Counted from the whole stretch's first letter, positions 37,600-51,266 are shown. The stretch is DNA of 62,722 bases, filler included, from Sphacelaria rigidula (GCA_964200075.2; 7 parts of 7 records of this genome joined end to end with filler, not necessarily neighbours in it); one strand, 5' to 3'. Notes: generated from the letters alone by a model not told the origin. Numbers and translations: made by a program.

Positions 37600-40500
37600 C
37601 ACTTCACAAACCAACTATTTTCCGCCGGGGTTCATCAACAAAAAAGCATCCGGCGCGATAAAAACCGATAGTTCCATCTTAGGTTCGGCCTTCGACGGCG
37701 AACATAATATACATCACTTCTCCCCCCACACACTCTTCAACTTTCCTATCTGGAGGGGGAAGGTCGTCCTCAACTCCTGGCGCACGAGATCCGTCAGCGA
37801 ACCGAATGCGTCCCCCGTCGTGTACATGTACTTTGCCTTCTCGCACTTGTGTAGGTCGGCGAGGTTGATTCGCTGTTTAACCCGACTCAAAACGCCGGGG
37901 ACAAAGACGTAGGCTTGCGTACGATGAATAATATGAGAGGGCAAGGATTTCTGGGCGCTCTGCGTTAGGGTCTTGTTACTGAAGCAGGTGTTCTTGCGAC
38001 GTACAGCCTTCTTGATGTAGGCATGGATGAACAAAGCGGATAGCATATAATATCGTTCACTGGCACGGGTTTCTTCTCCCGGTCGTTGCGGCCGATCACG
38101 TGGTATGTATAGAATTAATTTCGTCGAGATACGGTAGAGGCGGTACATCTGAGCCCGGATTTTCGTCGTTCAGGGCCTCCTCAGGTGAAGAGCTACCAAA
38201 GAACATGGGCGAGGACGAACTCATTTTGAAATTCTCTCCGGATGTCCCTACCCCATTGGAATACTGATCGTGACGTGCTATCACATCACAAACCATCTGT
38301 AAATGAGAGAGAGGGCCCCTACATGGGTGACCACTGGGGCGCATGTATCCTTAAATTTGGACGTTAAATACGTTGTGCGACGTCTCGGAAAGGTGCCAAT
38401 TTGAAGTTTACAGGCACCCAGTGGTCGCCCGTGTAACGAAGCGAACCCCAGCGCATATTTGTGCACACCACTATCGCGCAGAATAATGAAACCGCCAAAG
38501 GTTGGGAGCGGTATGCGGACCCCCGAAAACGTGCATTGCTCCGCAGGCGCAGCGGGTGCCTCATCGTTTGTTCCGGGAGTAGCTGGTCTTGTCGGAATCC
38601 GCTGGAAGTTTACATCACCAATCTCGTAGCGCTGCTCCTGGCTCGCCCTGTAGGGTGTCGAAATGAACCACGCGACACCATGGGAATGATGATATAGCGT
38701 GTTCAAACAATTTCGCATGGGGATTGGCGCTCTCCTGTTTTGGAAAGCGGGATATACGTTGTTCTGTACGCATCGGGGGTGTGTGTGGGTCGTCAGCTTG
38801 TCAAATGTCAAAGTCTACAAAGATTGGTGTATCTTCGATACCGCCAACTACAATAGCGATGGAGTGCAGCGGTATAGCCGACGTGCTCGGATATAGTCTT
38901 ATTCACCTTGCTGCATTGGCAGTGTCCGAGAATGTTTGGCGCCGCTTGGAGTTTACCGGCTGCCCGTCCGTGGGACACGTGCTGCCTGTGCTCTTCCGCT
39001 TCGGCGTGCCTTGCGGTTGGTCATTGCTGAAGTAAGAAACACAATAGCATGTTGCAAAGCGACATCATCAGTGATGCGGAGGAGGATACACCCGCATGTT
39101 TTCTTTTTCGTTCGACTCCATATTTCGAGTCGTGTATAGGGAGCATACGAGTCTCAAGCATCACCTACCAGAGGTGGAGATGTACACGGAATTCATGTTC
39201 CCGTAGGGAACTTCATGATCACGGAGCACATCTCGCGTGGGGAGCCACGAAGCATTAAATAGAAATATGATGGACAACAGAGGATGACTACGCGCAGGGT
39301 AGGTATCGAACGCGCGGAGAACAGGCCCGAGGTGAGATTGATAATCTCTGCTTCCCGGAGTGATAAACACCTGATATGGAGCGGTGTAGAGATCGTACAC
39401 GAGCTATCACACAATCCCGCACTCGAGAGTGTGACGGACACGCTAGAAGTTTACTTTCACCCATCGGCTTAGAGAGTACAGTAGCAGGATCAGCTTCCTC
39501 AGATGAGGACATACGTAGAGCGTTACCTTAATTGACGAATACCTGTTGTTTCATTATTTCTCAAACGAATTGTATGGCGTTTTGCTAGTGCACCTGTGCG
39601 AGATCGACTCTGTAGGAACTGGCGCATCGTTGTCGACTCCTCCGACCAAGTTTGTGTTGTGTTCATCGTCGCTGCGGGTCGCTTCTCTGTCCACGGTGGT
39701 GGCGTCAGCATCATCACCCCTCCGGTGTCGTCCTCGGAGTTTATTCCGACATTGCCGTCTGCGGTAAACGTTGACAGCACGGCTGTCGTGGTGGTGCCGT
39801 GTGTAACCTTCCCGTCCACCCCCAGCAGCCCAAGGGAGTTGAGCACATCGAGGGGCAAGTATGCGCGAACGGCATCGCGTGCGGTGGACGCCGTGGTCGG
39901 CCCTCCTCGTTTTATGTACACGTTCGCCTCCCTCGAAGGATCATCTGTATGTAGCAGTAAGTGGAAGCGACGGGAGGGATTGAAGGAAGAATGTTGCGTG
40001 TACGCGGAGTGTATACATAAGTCTTCCGTGACAGAGTAGTAACCATACATCACATATATCGATGCATAACATCCAAATCGGCAGGGACGATGAGCCTTGC
40101 CGAGATACGGGTAGAGTAAGATTCGAGCTCGTACGTATCACACTCATGCAATATGTTGCTCCTGATGACACTTTCCACGCTAGCCCCCCCCTCCGAAACA
40201 AACCCATGGTTTGGGGAGGCAAAATTTTGACGTAAAATCGAAATGACAAAAGCCAGGCACGACGAGAAGCTGGGAAATCCTACGCTTGACTGTTCTCGCC
40301 ACGGCTCTGCTATGAGGCGCTTCATGCAGCCTGAACCCAAACATCAGGCGCTGTGTGGTCATTTGTTTTCGCGACACTTTTGGGCTGGTTTTTTGGGGGG
40401 GGGCTATCGTGAGAAAGGGTCTTCTCACGTGTGGAACTCTATTTCGTTCTGGAGTGGCGCGCCGAGGTACGGGCGTCACTCCTAAATAAATCAGAGAGTT

Positions 40501-43500
40501 ATACTTCGCGCGAGCCCATTATCTCGTTCAGGAGCAAATGTCCCTGATAACATGAGACATCACGCTACCGTCATCGCAATTCGAATTGGCATATTATGTG
40601 CAGTGCACATATATGTGCGATGGATGACCAGACAGTAGAAAAAAACGAGAAAAAAACGAACCACACGACTGAGGAAATAAGGCTAGATCAAGCCCCAAAA
40701 TACGACATCAAATTAAATGAAAATGAGCAAGGGGGGGGGACAGAAGAGGGAACACCACCAATAGACTAACCCGGGTTGATTGCTTCCGTATTAACACCCT
40801 CATTTCTGGCAAAAGGACGAGGTGGGCGTGATGGAAGTAACGGGTAGGCATACTCGTTGTACGGCTATATACGCACCTGGCTGCCACGTGCTCTCGGTTT
40901 CTTGTCCCCGCTCTTTTTCCCGGGCCAGCTTGGTATCGGCGCCCCCCGTTGTGAGGCAATCGTCATGTGTTGGTGCTGATGGTGGTGATCTCCCCCAGCG
41001 TTCGACATTACCGCCCGCACAGCTTCCTGTCTCTACGGTCGTCGAAGAACGGCCTCTCATCGAAGGACAGGACGTTGATGCCCGTTTGGAGAGTTTTGAA
41101 TAGTATGCCGTCGCGGTCATCAGAGGAAAATATCTCGGTGAACGTGTCAAACGAAGCGGAAGATTTTGCAGTATCACCTGCAGTCATTTCCGCAATAAAT
41201 CCGTCCAATATCATCACACATGCCTCGGTGGCGAGTGTGCGGGCCCGCCGTCCGAACGTGGTGTCATTACCCTTTGAAGGGTTTTCCATGTGTTGAGCCC
41301 ACTCGCACCAGACCGTGGCGTCGAAGTCGATTGTTGTGCAGGAGAAGACCGTAGCCGGGGTCCAGAGTTGTCTTGTTTGAGTTTCGGTAGTCGGCACCGT
41401 TACCAGCCCTTGTTTTCTTGAGTCCATCGCTCTCGGCGGCCCCCAGCGTGCTCTTTATTGCCTGCTTGTTTATCGAAGTTAGTGATTCTTCGTCCTTCTT
41501 TTGCAGGCTTCCCGCGAGCGCGCGGAATGACTTGACGGCATGGTCTTCTAGGCGACGGAGGAGCTGTCTGTCGTTTCGGAGGAACTCGACGGCGTGTTCC
41601 TCGTTCACCAACCTATGAAGCTTCCCGATAACCCCTTTAATCTCTTTCATGTCTCGAATCGCAGTGAGGACTCGTGCGTCGGTGGAGCCGACCATTGTGC
41701 AGTGCATCCGCCTGGCAATGGATGTAGCGAGAAGAGCAATGATGTCTTCTCGGGCCAGTTGGACCGCGAATGCTTTCACGCTGTTCACAATCCCGGCGGT
41801 ATGGATCCTTTGCTCCAGCTCTTTGCATCTCTTTGTGCCCCCTCCGTGAGACCAAATAACTGCGCGACACACGCTCCCTGCGTAGGCGGTGGTGGCTTCG
41901 AAACCGTTTTCCGCTCCGTGCGTTTCCCCTTTTTGTTCCCTTCCTGGATGAGGAAGAACAGTGGAGCCATTGTCAGCGCAAGCGCGGATGAGGCGACGGG
42001 AGTGTGTATCGCATTCATATGTCACATTGTGTATATCACCCGCACAGTGGACATGATGTTTAGGCCGCGTACCCCGTTTTGTTTTGAGTACTTCTCATTT
42101 CAAGCGAGCCTGCTCAAATGAGGAGGTTGACAATACATCGAGTAACGCGGTGGTCTACCCTTTAATAAAAATCACTTTCAAAATACTGTCTCTATCTACC
42201 CCGCTGGATTGCTGGCCGTTGCGTGTTCTGACGATTTGATACAATTCGTTTCCTGGTCGAGACCAACGGCTCCCAGTAATTGAAATCGGACCTACCTACA
42301 GTTGTGTCGCCCATTTGCGGTACCACTCAGAGTCTGAGATCGACTCTGTGAATAACTGAGATATTCGCACCGTCTTTCATCCCCACATACTGTCATGCAA
42401 ACTGTGTATCGCTCATATTGTGCAGTGTACATAATTCCACGCACCTTCATGTTCTCAGAGGATGTGTTGAGTTCTCACGCGACGCCAGGTCATGTTCATC
42501 GTCGTCCCGCAGGCGAGACATGACCGTCTCGATGATAGGTGCATCTCGCGCGAAAGCACGGGCGTATACGAGTGTGGAGAAGGTCACCCCCTTGAAACGT
42601 TGCAGATGCCCACGCTCCAGGAGGTTGCTGACGTATTTCGCGACCCTTTGTTGGGCGGTCCTGACCGCCTTCTTCTTGTCATCAGCCACCACGTCGCCCG
42701 TGGGAAACATGATCTCCTTCCACCCAGAACCCAGCACTTCATCAACATGAGGTGTGGGGGTGCCATCACGTGTACATGCTTGGCGGACGAAATCTGATGC
42801 CGCCCCTTCGACGATGGCAAATAGTCCCGGCTTCTGCGGAACCCGTTTGCCGTTCAGTTCAGCGCGATACGGCGGGTTGTACATCTTGAAGTTGTTGCTG
42901 CTGTGCGCAGAATATGGTTCGTAGTTCCTACTACACATTAAACACTGGTGTGCACCAGAGGATGTGTTAATCTTAATCTGCCCAGAGAGATACATATTTA
43001 CGGTGAAAGTCATGCTACGATAAACCTTTGGCGCACGAACCATCTGCTCTACTCAAGTATCATGATCAAGGGATTCGACATCTACGAGCTGCATATGAGG
43101 GGGTGGGGGCAGTTCCTCAGATAAAGAGCCCTCTACGACGGCGGGGACCGAGCCACTCCTCGCGTACTTTAGGACGTGTAACTTTCATGGGCAACAGATG
43201 TTCCGCCGTATTTGCTTGTGATTCACGTGTGTATCCGAACTGTTGCGCCAATGACGAGCTGGGGAATGGGTGTGGAAAACCTGGCGGAAGAGGTCCGCCG
43301 ACGCGACGAACTGAATACGTAGTATAGAACATGATCACTTTGTTGCGTAGGTGAACTGGACACAAACAGGATATTTATGATCTCACCACGGAGCCCGCCT
43401 CGTGGGTGTGTGATCCTTGTCCCTTGGTCCTTGCGTCATTGTACGAAAGAAAATTGATTACAGTGGCCGGCAATATCGCCCCGCTTTCGCTCAGGGACTT

Positions 43501-44210
43501 CTTCAGCTCCGCGAATCGTTCAGCTGCCTCTGTCGGATGTACATTAGGAATTTCGGAAAATGGCAAGCTGAGGTCCGCTGTTGAATAGCACGGTAACATG
43601 TCTGTTCAGTGACTGTCACACGTAGAAAGTACAGACGAGCCATTTCAAGGAACTCACCGTTACCATCGAAGAGTTCTAGTCCGCCGTAGCGACCCCCTCG
43701 GGACTTTGCCAGCCCGAACTTGTCAGAAAAAACGGAGGCCATTATCGCCGCCCTGTTCTGTCCTTGGGGTGTTATCAGCACCGGCCGTTGCTTTACGAAA
43801 GCCTTGTTGGGCTTTCCACCAGTTTCCACATCCTGCATTTATTTACCGCGTCCAGTGCAGTTTGTGCATTGAGATAATTTCGGTATTTTTTGTCATCGTG
43901 GATTCTGTGCTTCGATTGTCGGTGTCGCTAGTCGCGCTCTGTCCTTGTCTCCGTCCCGCCTATCGGAACACATCGTTGATCACGAAGTGTGAATATCCCA
44001 AGACTCTCTCCCAGGACTGAGAGCGAAAATGGGCACTTACCCAGAAGCAGGCACCCAGCACATCACCCCACTTAATGGGTCGCCCTTTCATGTCGAGGGT
44101 ATCTCGGCATCGTTCGCTGATCGCCCTTGCCATCCGCGTCTGCAGAGCCGCACGACGTACGAATCGGCGAACGCACGGTCGATGTCGTTTACAGAATTTG
44201 ACTGTATCGC
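37600..44210 (-). pseudogene. Long multi-exon gene (or genes) of unknown family with short introns, disrupted by stops, frameshifts and a MITE
   Basis: Run of protein-like minus-strand frames (43503-43838, 43375-43599, 42447-43043, 41267-42025, 41008-41427, 39523-40053, 39161-39400, 37714-38148). Canonical GT-AG introns at 43960-44040 (81 nt), 43578-43657 (80 nt) and 43311-43386 (76 nt); the latter two join exons in frame. Outer limits approximate. Confidence 0.65.
40167..40421. mobile_element. ~250-bp MITE with GACACTTTCTACGATAGCCCC-type TIRs
   Basis: gacactttccacgctagccccccc...ggggggctatcgtgagaaagggtc; aligns over its full length with 50408-50654. Confidence 0.85.
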
Positions 44211-44774
44211 TAAATAATTATTATACCAATTTTATTATGGGTTCTATGTGCATGTGACCCGTCATTGCATTGAACGTGAACCACTTTTTTAATAACAGTG
44301 ACAGCAGAGAGGCCCAGGTAAAAAAATGCCAAGCCAGATATGGGTGGCAAGCCAGTCGGTTGACATATGGGCACGTGTGCATCAGAAAGTACATACATAT
44401 TACGCCTGAACAGTAACCCTTCTCGTCTCGTATCATGTTTCGCCGTGGAGTGAAGGTGCCGCGGTACAGAACATCTTCTTCCATATTTACTCACTGCCCC
44501 TGTAATTCTGGATCGTATCCGTCCTGCTCAGAGCCCTCCGTGACGAAGGAGATTATCCTCGATTTGAATAGCCCCATTTCGAAAAGACGACCGCGTTTTG
44601 GTCGTTGCCGGACTCGTACCATCCTCCTGGAAAGAAAACTCAGGCGGGGTCTCAGCAGAAGTGATCACCACTTCAACCCTTAGACGACGAGCGTCGCCTC
44701 GGAACAGTTGTGCAGACGGACAGTCCCGAGGCATCCAGGGGTTTCCAGTGGTTGGGGGGGGGGGCGTACTCATT

Positions 44775-44874
44775 NNNNNNNNNNNNNNNNNNNNNNNNNN
44801 NNNNNNNNNNNNNNNNNNTTAATTAATTAANNNNNNNNNNNNNNNNNNNNNNNNNNNNNNNNNNNNNNNNNNNN
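44775..44874. other. Artificial contig linker
   Basis: 44N-TTAATTAATTAA-44N. Confidence 0.98.
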
Positions 44875-44936
44875 TGTTTTTTTTTTTTGGTGTTTGTTGG
44901 TGGGGTGTGGGTGTGGGGCTGGTGCGGGTTGGGGGT

Positions 44937-44973
<37 letters not shown>

Positions 44974-45744
44974 GATTCCACGAAAAAATGGGCTCATAAA
45001 TGTTTCAGACGACCTAACACACTCGCGGTGCGCTTGTATTCGGGTAAAAGCGGTGTCAAGTGGTATGAGTGAGCGCTATTTATCGGAAGCAAGCGCATTT
45101 GAACAACCGTTGCTACTGTTAACGACGATTTCAAGCAGAATTTCGTGGAAGGAAACGGCTTAAAATACCCCCCCCCCCTATCGTAGTATGACTCACTTGT
45201 AAATATCATGCCGGCTCTGACTGCTTTGAGCGAGTGGATTCAAAAATATCTTCGTTGGACCGGCGGGTTCGCACAAATGTCTTCTGGGACTGGTTCGACC
45301 CTGCCAGGAGGTTCTGCTGATATGCCTGCGTCAGCGGACATAAGCCGGGCGGACAATGTCCTGTGGAACTGTTTCGATTCTGCCAGCAGGTTCTGTTAAT
45401 ATGCCTGTGCCAGCAGACATACGCCGGGCGGTATGCAGCAGTACAGAGAATTGCCGTATTTCTGACGCTGTAGAAGTAAATGTTCCAATTAAGGTACGCT
45501 TAAGGCATTTGGCGGGGAAAATACTGGTTTGTGGGAACCACGACACGTAGAACAATGCCCAGAGGATCCTGGGAGAGAAAACGTATTTCTTCATCGCCTA
45601 AGCTTTTCAAAAGTAATCAAACCAAGTTACAAGAGTAGATGTGGAGCATGGCTCTATTGACGAACAAAATGCGGCCAAAACACCCCCTGTTTCAATTACG
45701 TTACACTTCACGCAGCAGTGGATTTCTCGCCACCTTAGAGGCCT

Positions 45745-46830
45745 TGGACGTCATCCTTTGGTATGAATGATTATGAGATTAGTGCAGTCCGTTTCGAAGA
45801 AGGAAAAAGAAAAGAAAATAATAATGCGGGGATGAAAATCGCCTATCGCCTGGTTTTCGGAAAAAACAAAACGCCATCAAGTCAGTGTTCGGCAACGCCA
45901 TACTTGACGAAAATTATTTTTTTCATTTTTTCTTTTCTTCAATCAATTGGAATATGTTTTGATAGTAATATCTCAAATTTTGGTGTTCATCGGTTACGAT
46001 TAAGGTACTCTATGACGCACGTTTAGTGATACTCCCTGAGCACTCCTTATTCACCAGAAATCGATAATGACTACCAAAATGGAACACCTGGGACGTTTCA
46101 GACCTTCTGTTTTGGTACAAATATTTATGAGACTAGGAGGATCCGCTTTGAAAAAAACTAATAATACTACGGGGATGAAAAAGGCCTATCCGCTATTTTT
46201 CGGAACAGATTTGGCCATTGTGCCTGTGATTGGCAACGCCGTACTCGACGACAACGTTTTTTTTCTTCTTCTCCTTCATTAATCCATTGAAATTCGGGTT
46301 GACAGTAATCTCCCAAAAATTGGTGTTCATGCGTTACGATAAGGGTATCATGACGCACGTTGAGTGATACCCTCTGACCACCATAAATCGATAATGACTA
46401 CGAAAACGGAACACCTAGAGGTAGGACGATCCAGATATTTTCGTCAGACAGAAACCTTTACGCATCACAATGCTCACAATGCATCACTCTCCGGCACCAC
46501 AGAGGGAAAATAGTCAATTCGGGGATAGAATTGGCCTGTACCCGGATTTTCGGAACAAGTTTGAGCATTCTTCTCCGTGTTTGGCAACGCCAAAGTCGAC
46601 GAGCACGTTTGTACATACAGCTCTATAATTTCTGTTTGTTTTGAGCTACTCAACCAAGGGGAATTAGTTTCGACATGTGTCTCGCAAAAGTTGGCGTTCG
46701 ACGGATGTGACCGAGTTGCAATGAAAAACGCTTCCTGCCCCCCTGCCCTCTCCCCCCTTCCCCCTTCCCCCTTCCCCCCTACACACAATTTTTTCACCAA
46801 AATCAATCATGACTACGAGAACAGCAGACG
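45745..46830. repeat. Three diverged tandem units of ~340 bp
   Basis: Blocks cggggatgaaaa..gcctat, ttttcggaa, ggcaacgcc and aaatcgataatgactac recur at ~340-bp spacing; the third unit is the most diverged. Confidence 0.75.
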
Positions 46831-47104
46831 CCGCTCGCAGTTAGCAGCAAGCACTAAACGCGGTACTTGCAACACCTTTGCAGACAGTATAGGCAGTACC
46901 TCTATACTCGTAACGAGTAAGTGCAAGCGTCAGAACACGCCGAGACAGCAATGAGCAGGCAAACGCCAAGGGCTTTGTCGGCCAAAAATGCGGGGAGAAT
47001 AATACCGTTTCAAACGCAGCATAACTGACTCCACAGCGACAGCCCCTGGCTCTAGCTCTAGACAAATCTGTTGCACCATATAAACGGAACGGCTCTTGAC
47101 ACAC

Positions 47105-47600
47105 TGTGAAGCACCCGTCTCGTCAGTGATCTATCTGAGGTCGGTTGCTGGCTCCTCCTTGTCCATGTAGTCCTCACAGGCCGCATAAAACTCCGGCATG
47201 CAATCTTCTTCGTCGGCCGCACCACCCTGTCAGCCTTGTAGATGCGGTTGCTGCGCTCACCTAGCCGTGCGTGCCTCCGAAGGAACAGACCTAGCCATTT
47301 TCAAACTAAGCCTACTGTCTGGTCTTATGGCACCGGTCGGATGTCGCTGCAGAGTGCCATGGCCGCCTGTTTCAGACCATATCTATTCAGGTCTGTTGAC
47401 GACCTGCGGGGGATTTCAGCGTATATAATCTTCGATGGAATTTTCTTGCTGCATCGACAGTACAGTACCCAGACCGACCCTGCCACCCACGCTACTACTA
47501 ACACGCTTCTGCAGCGAACCAACGGAGATGTCAAAGGTCTTTGCAGCAGCATGGGAGGTCATGCGACCGCGGCGTAACGCTTCTGGGTCCACCCTTTGTC
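47105..47600 (-). pseudogene. pogo/Fot1-like (Tc1/mariner superfamily) transposase relic
   Basis: HTH_psq-like EALRRGRMTSHAAAKTFDISVGSLQKRV, CENP-B-like GTVLSMQQENSIEDYI...KWLGLFLRRHARL, then ...ITDETG (first catalytic Asp). Contains stops and frameshifts; possible 5' TIR near 47810-47857. Confidence 0.8.
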
Positions 47601-50407
47601 TCCGTATGCTTAGCAGCCGATCGACCAAGATGCTTTTTTTGGAGAAAGACACACACGCTCTTATACACAGTGCTGTGGGATGGTGTTTCATGATGTAAAA
47701 GGCATATGTAGTACCTCAAAAGAAGTGCCGTGCTCTTGTGCACACGCAGCAAAAACCATAATGAAAAACGATTAATATTTCACGGAGTTAGGGAAGATTA
47801 ACAAAAAATGTTCCTTAACTGGTGATGTTCCGAAATAGGGGCGCTTACTCTAGTGTACATCCGGGCTTCGAACTGGAGTAAGGTCGTACATGAACTCAAG
47901 GAAGATGGGTTGATTCGATTATTTGATTATTTGTCCGACCTCATGAATATTTTATTGTGATCAACTGGGGTCGATTGCTTGATTAATGATCAGGTGGGTT
48001 GTCATCGAAAGTCCCACGAAATCACATCTGCGAAAATATTTTTTTGGCACATGTTTTTTTCTTGGGGGGGGGGGGGGGTCGCAGCAACCAATTGCGTTTT
48101 TTTTCCAAAAGGGTTTTTTTTTATTTGAAAAGTAATACATCACTTCCGACAAAATGAAAAAAACAAAGTGTCAGGTAACCCTGCTGCTTTTGTTTGTGTG
48201 GATTGGTTGGGTTATTTTGTAGATACACACTCCTCGGACAGCGTACAGCATCGCAAAAATTGTTTGCAATACAAAATATTTGTGGTGACTGCAGCGTGTA
48301 TGGGTTTCGAAGTCTTGGACGTGACAAAATTTACCGTGTTATTATTCTTCGGTATAGCTCTGATTGCGTTGGGTTGTGTGGTAAGCATTTGCATGTGCCC
48401 CTGTCAACTGCATATCATGTGTTCTCCTTCAAGGTGCCCGGAAATCACTTTTCAACAGGCGATTTCAGGAAGTATCTTGTCTGGACTTCCTGGAGTGTTT
48501 TCGAACGAGGGGATATCTGGCCACGTTTCGGGGATTCTTCTGGGGGGGCGGGTGGTATCGCAGCGACCAAGCAGCGATCATTTTTCAAAAATACAATTTC
48601 AAAAAGGGGGGTGATTTCACTTGATTGAATCAACAAATGATCATGATCGATGCAGCGGTGCACGAAAAGAAAAATGCCGTACACCTACGTACCCTTCCAT
48701 TTTCTTTACCCCTCAGGGCACACGCGACCATTCAGCTACCCTCAAAAAAAGCCTCCGAAGGCCTTGAATCCCTCTGGAGAAAACAAAATACTACCGCCCT
48801 GGAGGACCGCACACCCCTCCTCAGGCGTTTCATTCTTCCAGAGGCTCGAGAGTTGACCGCCCTGGAGAATTTTGGGGGTAGCCAAATGGCCGCGTGGGGG
48901 GCGAGGGGGGTTGGGGGCGAGGGGGGGGTAGTAGCCCCCGCACCCCCGCACCCCCTCAAATCGCCGTACAATCTCCCATAAAATCGATCTCACACTGAAT
49001 TCTACTTCGAAGTATGCAATATGAGGCAGCGTCGGAGGTGGGGTACCCCCCATCATGATGTGTGTGGTGGAGGTAGCCGTGGGGTTGGAAGTCCCTATCT
49101 GCTTCTACTGATAAAATTATGGTGAATGTCAGGGTCATTTCTGCTTCTGTCATTTTGTTCAAAACATTCACGCGTGCCAGACTTGTGCCGTTGATACGTT
49201 AATACCTGCAGCACTGCTGCTGCGCGCGTCAGACGTGGCTTAGGCGGGGTCTTATCATAATTGACTGTCACTAGTCAAAAAAAGACTTTTGGAGAAGTGA
49301 TTGCCCCCACAACGACCAGTGCTGCGCCTTATCGACAAGGAGTTTTGTTCAGATCGAAGCCCAGATCTGCGCACAGGTAAAAAATACGGCGGTTCTGGAA
49401 GTAGCCGTCAGTCCAATTTCTCTGTACTGCTGCGGACAAGACGCAAAGAGGTAGCATAGCGCCGACACACCTAGCTACAAAAGCTGACCGACAGACATTC
49501 ACCACTCACGCGCATTAGCTCCAGCGCTAGCTCTTCATCATCTACACACGACAGCCTTTGTTTGACGGAAATCCTCCCAGTATTAGATGAAAGGCGGCCG
49601 CGTGCGTGTCAAATAGCAACCGAACGCGTGCTGATGCTAACTGTTTTTAAGCGTGTGCTGTGCGCGCGTCTCACGCATTACAATAGGGTCACGCACAGCG
49701 TGCTCAGCTGATGAGCAGCAATGAATGGAGCGGTGTGTTTTGGTTTGGGGGGGCAATGCGATCCTCAGGTTCACGTTTGATTGTCTTAACTTGTCTGTCA
49801 AGACTTCGGTTATGCCCCTGTCAACGGAATGTTTTATGTTCCTGTTCGAGGTGTCACAAAATCACTTCTACAAGAGTGATTTTTGGCACTTTTCGGGGGG
49901 GGTGGTATCGCAGCAAACAATCATCGGTCGTTTTTCACAAAAGTGGTTTCTTGAAAAAACACTATTCGTGAGATTCAGAGTGTAACATCGGATTCAGAGT
50001 GAGAACCGAAAAAATGAACTTTCCCGTCGATTTTGACATCGCCACAGTTCGTGTAGTAATGCGCCCAGATGGTGAAGGGGTGGCTTCAATGAAAGCTGTC
50101 ACCTACACGATCAATTTGACACATCACTTGATTGCAACGATGTAGTCAGTCCATTGCAACAAAAGACCCCCTCTTTCAGGGAAAACCGATGAGTGCCTGA
50201 AACAGTTTCAGTTCCGAAATGCCCCCCCAGGCGTAAAAATGCTTTGTGCGGTATATCACCAACCATACCGCCGAATCCCTCGACTTTGGTACTGCACGGT
50301 AGCTGCATGCACAGGACGCCTGGTCAAGCAAAAAACAAAAATGTTGCCTGTAAGAAACGCTAGAGCACCCGCTCTCAATCCGATATTACGCTCTGAATCT
50401 CACGAAT

Positions 50408-50654
50408 GACACTTTCTACGATAGCCCCCCCCCAAAAGTGCATGATTTTGGGAGGCAAAATCTTGACGTAAATGGAAATAGGAAAAGCCGAGCACAACGG
50501 GAAGCTGGGAATTCCCACGCTTGGGTTTGTTCTAGCCAATGTCGTCAATATGAGGCACTTCATGCAACCTAAACCCAAACATCAGGCGCTGTATGGCCCT
50601 TTTTTTCGTGACACTTTTGAGCTGGTTTGGGGGGGGGCTATCGTAGAAAGTGCC
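50408..50654. mobile_element. ~250-bp MITE with 4-bp GAAT target-site duplication
   Basis: TIR cactttctacgatagccccc / gggggctatcgtagaaagtg; GAAT at 50404-50407 and 50655-50658; same family as 40167-40421. Confidence 0.88.
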
Positions 50655-51266
50655 GAATATGTTGTTAAAAGTGATAATCACTCCTGATAAGATCTCGCCT
50701 TATCACTAGTAAACAATGATTGGCACTCGATTTTACTTGATTTGAGACTAAAGAAAGTTATGACAAAATTCACGATTTGGGGCAGGTGAACAGCGGTGAG
50801 CAGAAGAACCAGGTCGTCCAGAACGCGTTTTGGTCCAAAATCGGCTCAAAGGCGTCGATTTGAGCTCTCGCAACGCAGGGTTTATTGAGGAAACTACACC
50901 CTCCATGCCCGAGAGTTCTCGGTATGCCTTGGTCGATGTTAGTGTTAGGGCTAGCGTTGGGGTTGGTGGCATCTACATAGTACCAACCGTTGTTTACGTA
51001 CATTTCTTTGGGTCATCCCTGTGAAGTACTTGTGCAGGGATGCATCCTTGTCTCAAGGGCATCTCTGTCATTCCTGTCACAAGGACATTCCTGCGCCGGT
51101 ACTTCACAGGTGCATCCTTCGAGGGAACTCTCTGTTACGGGTTGCACGATCACAGGGATTTCCCCCGACGTCGACCCCCTGCGCTTGTCCAGCACAGCTG
51201 ACCCACAGTGGGGACGTTTGCCCACGTGTGTGCCTTGTTCAACTCGCCAACCGCTCATTGCACGGT

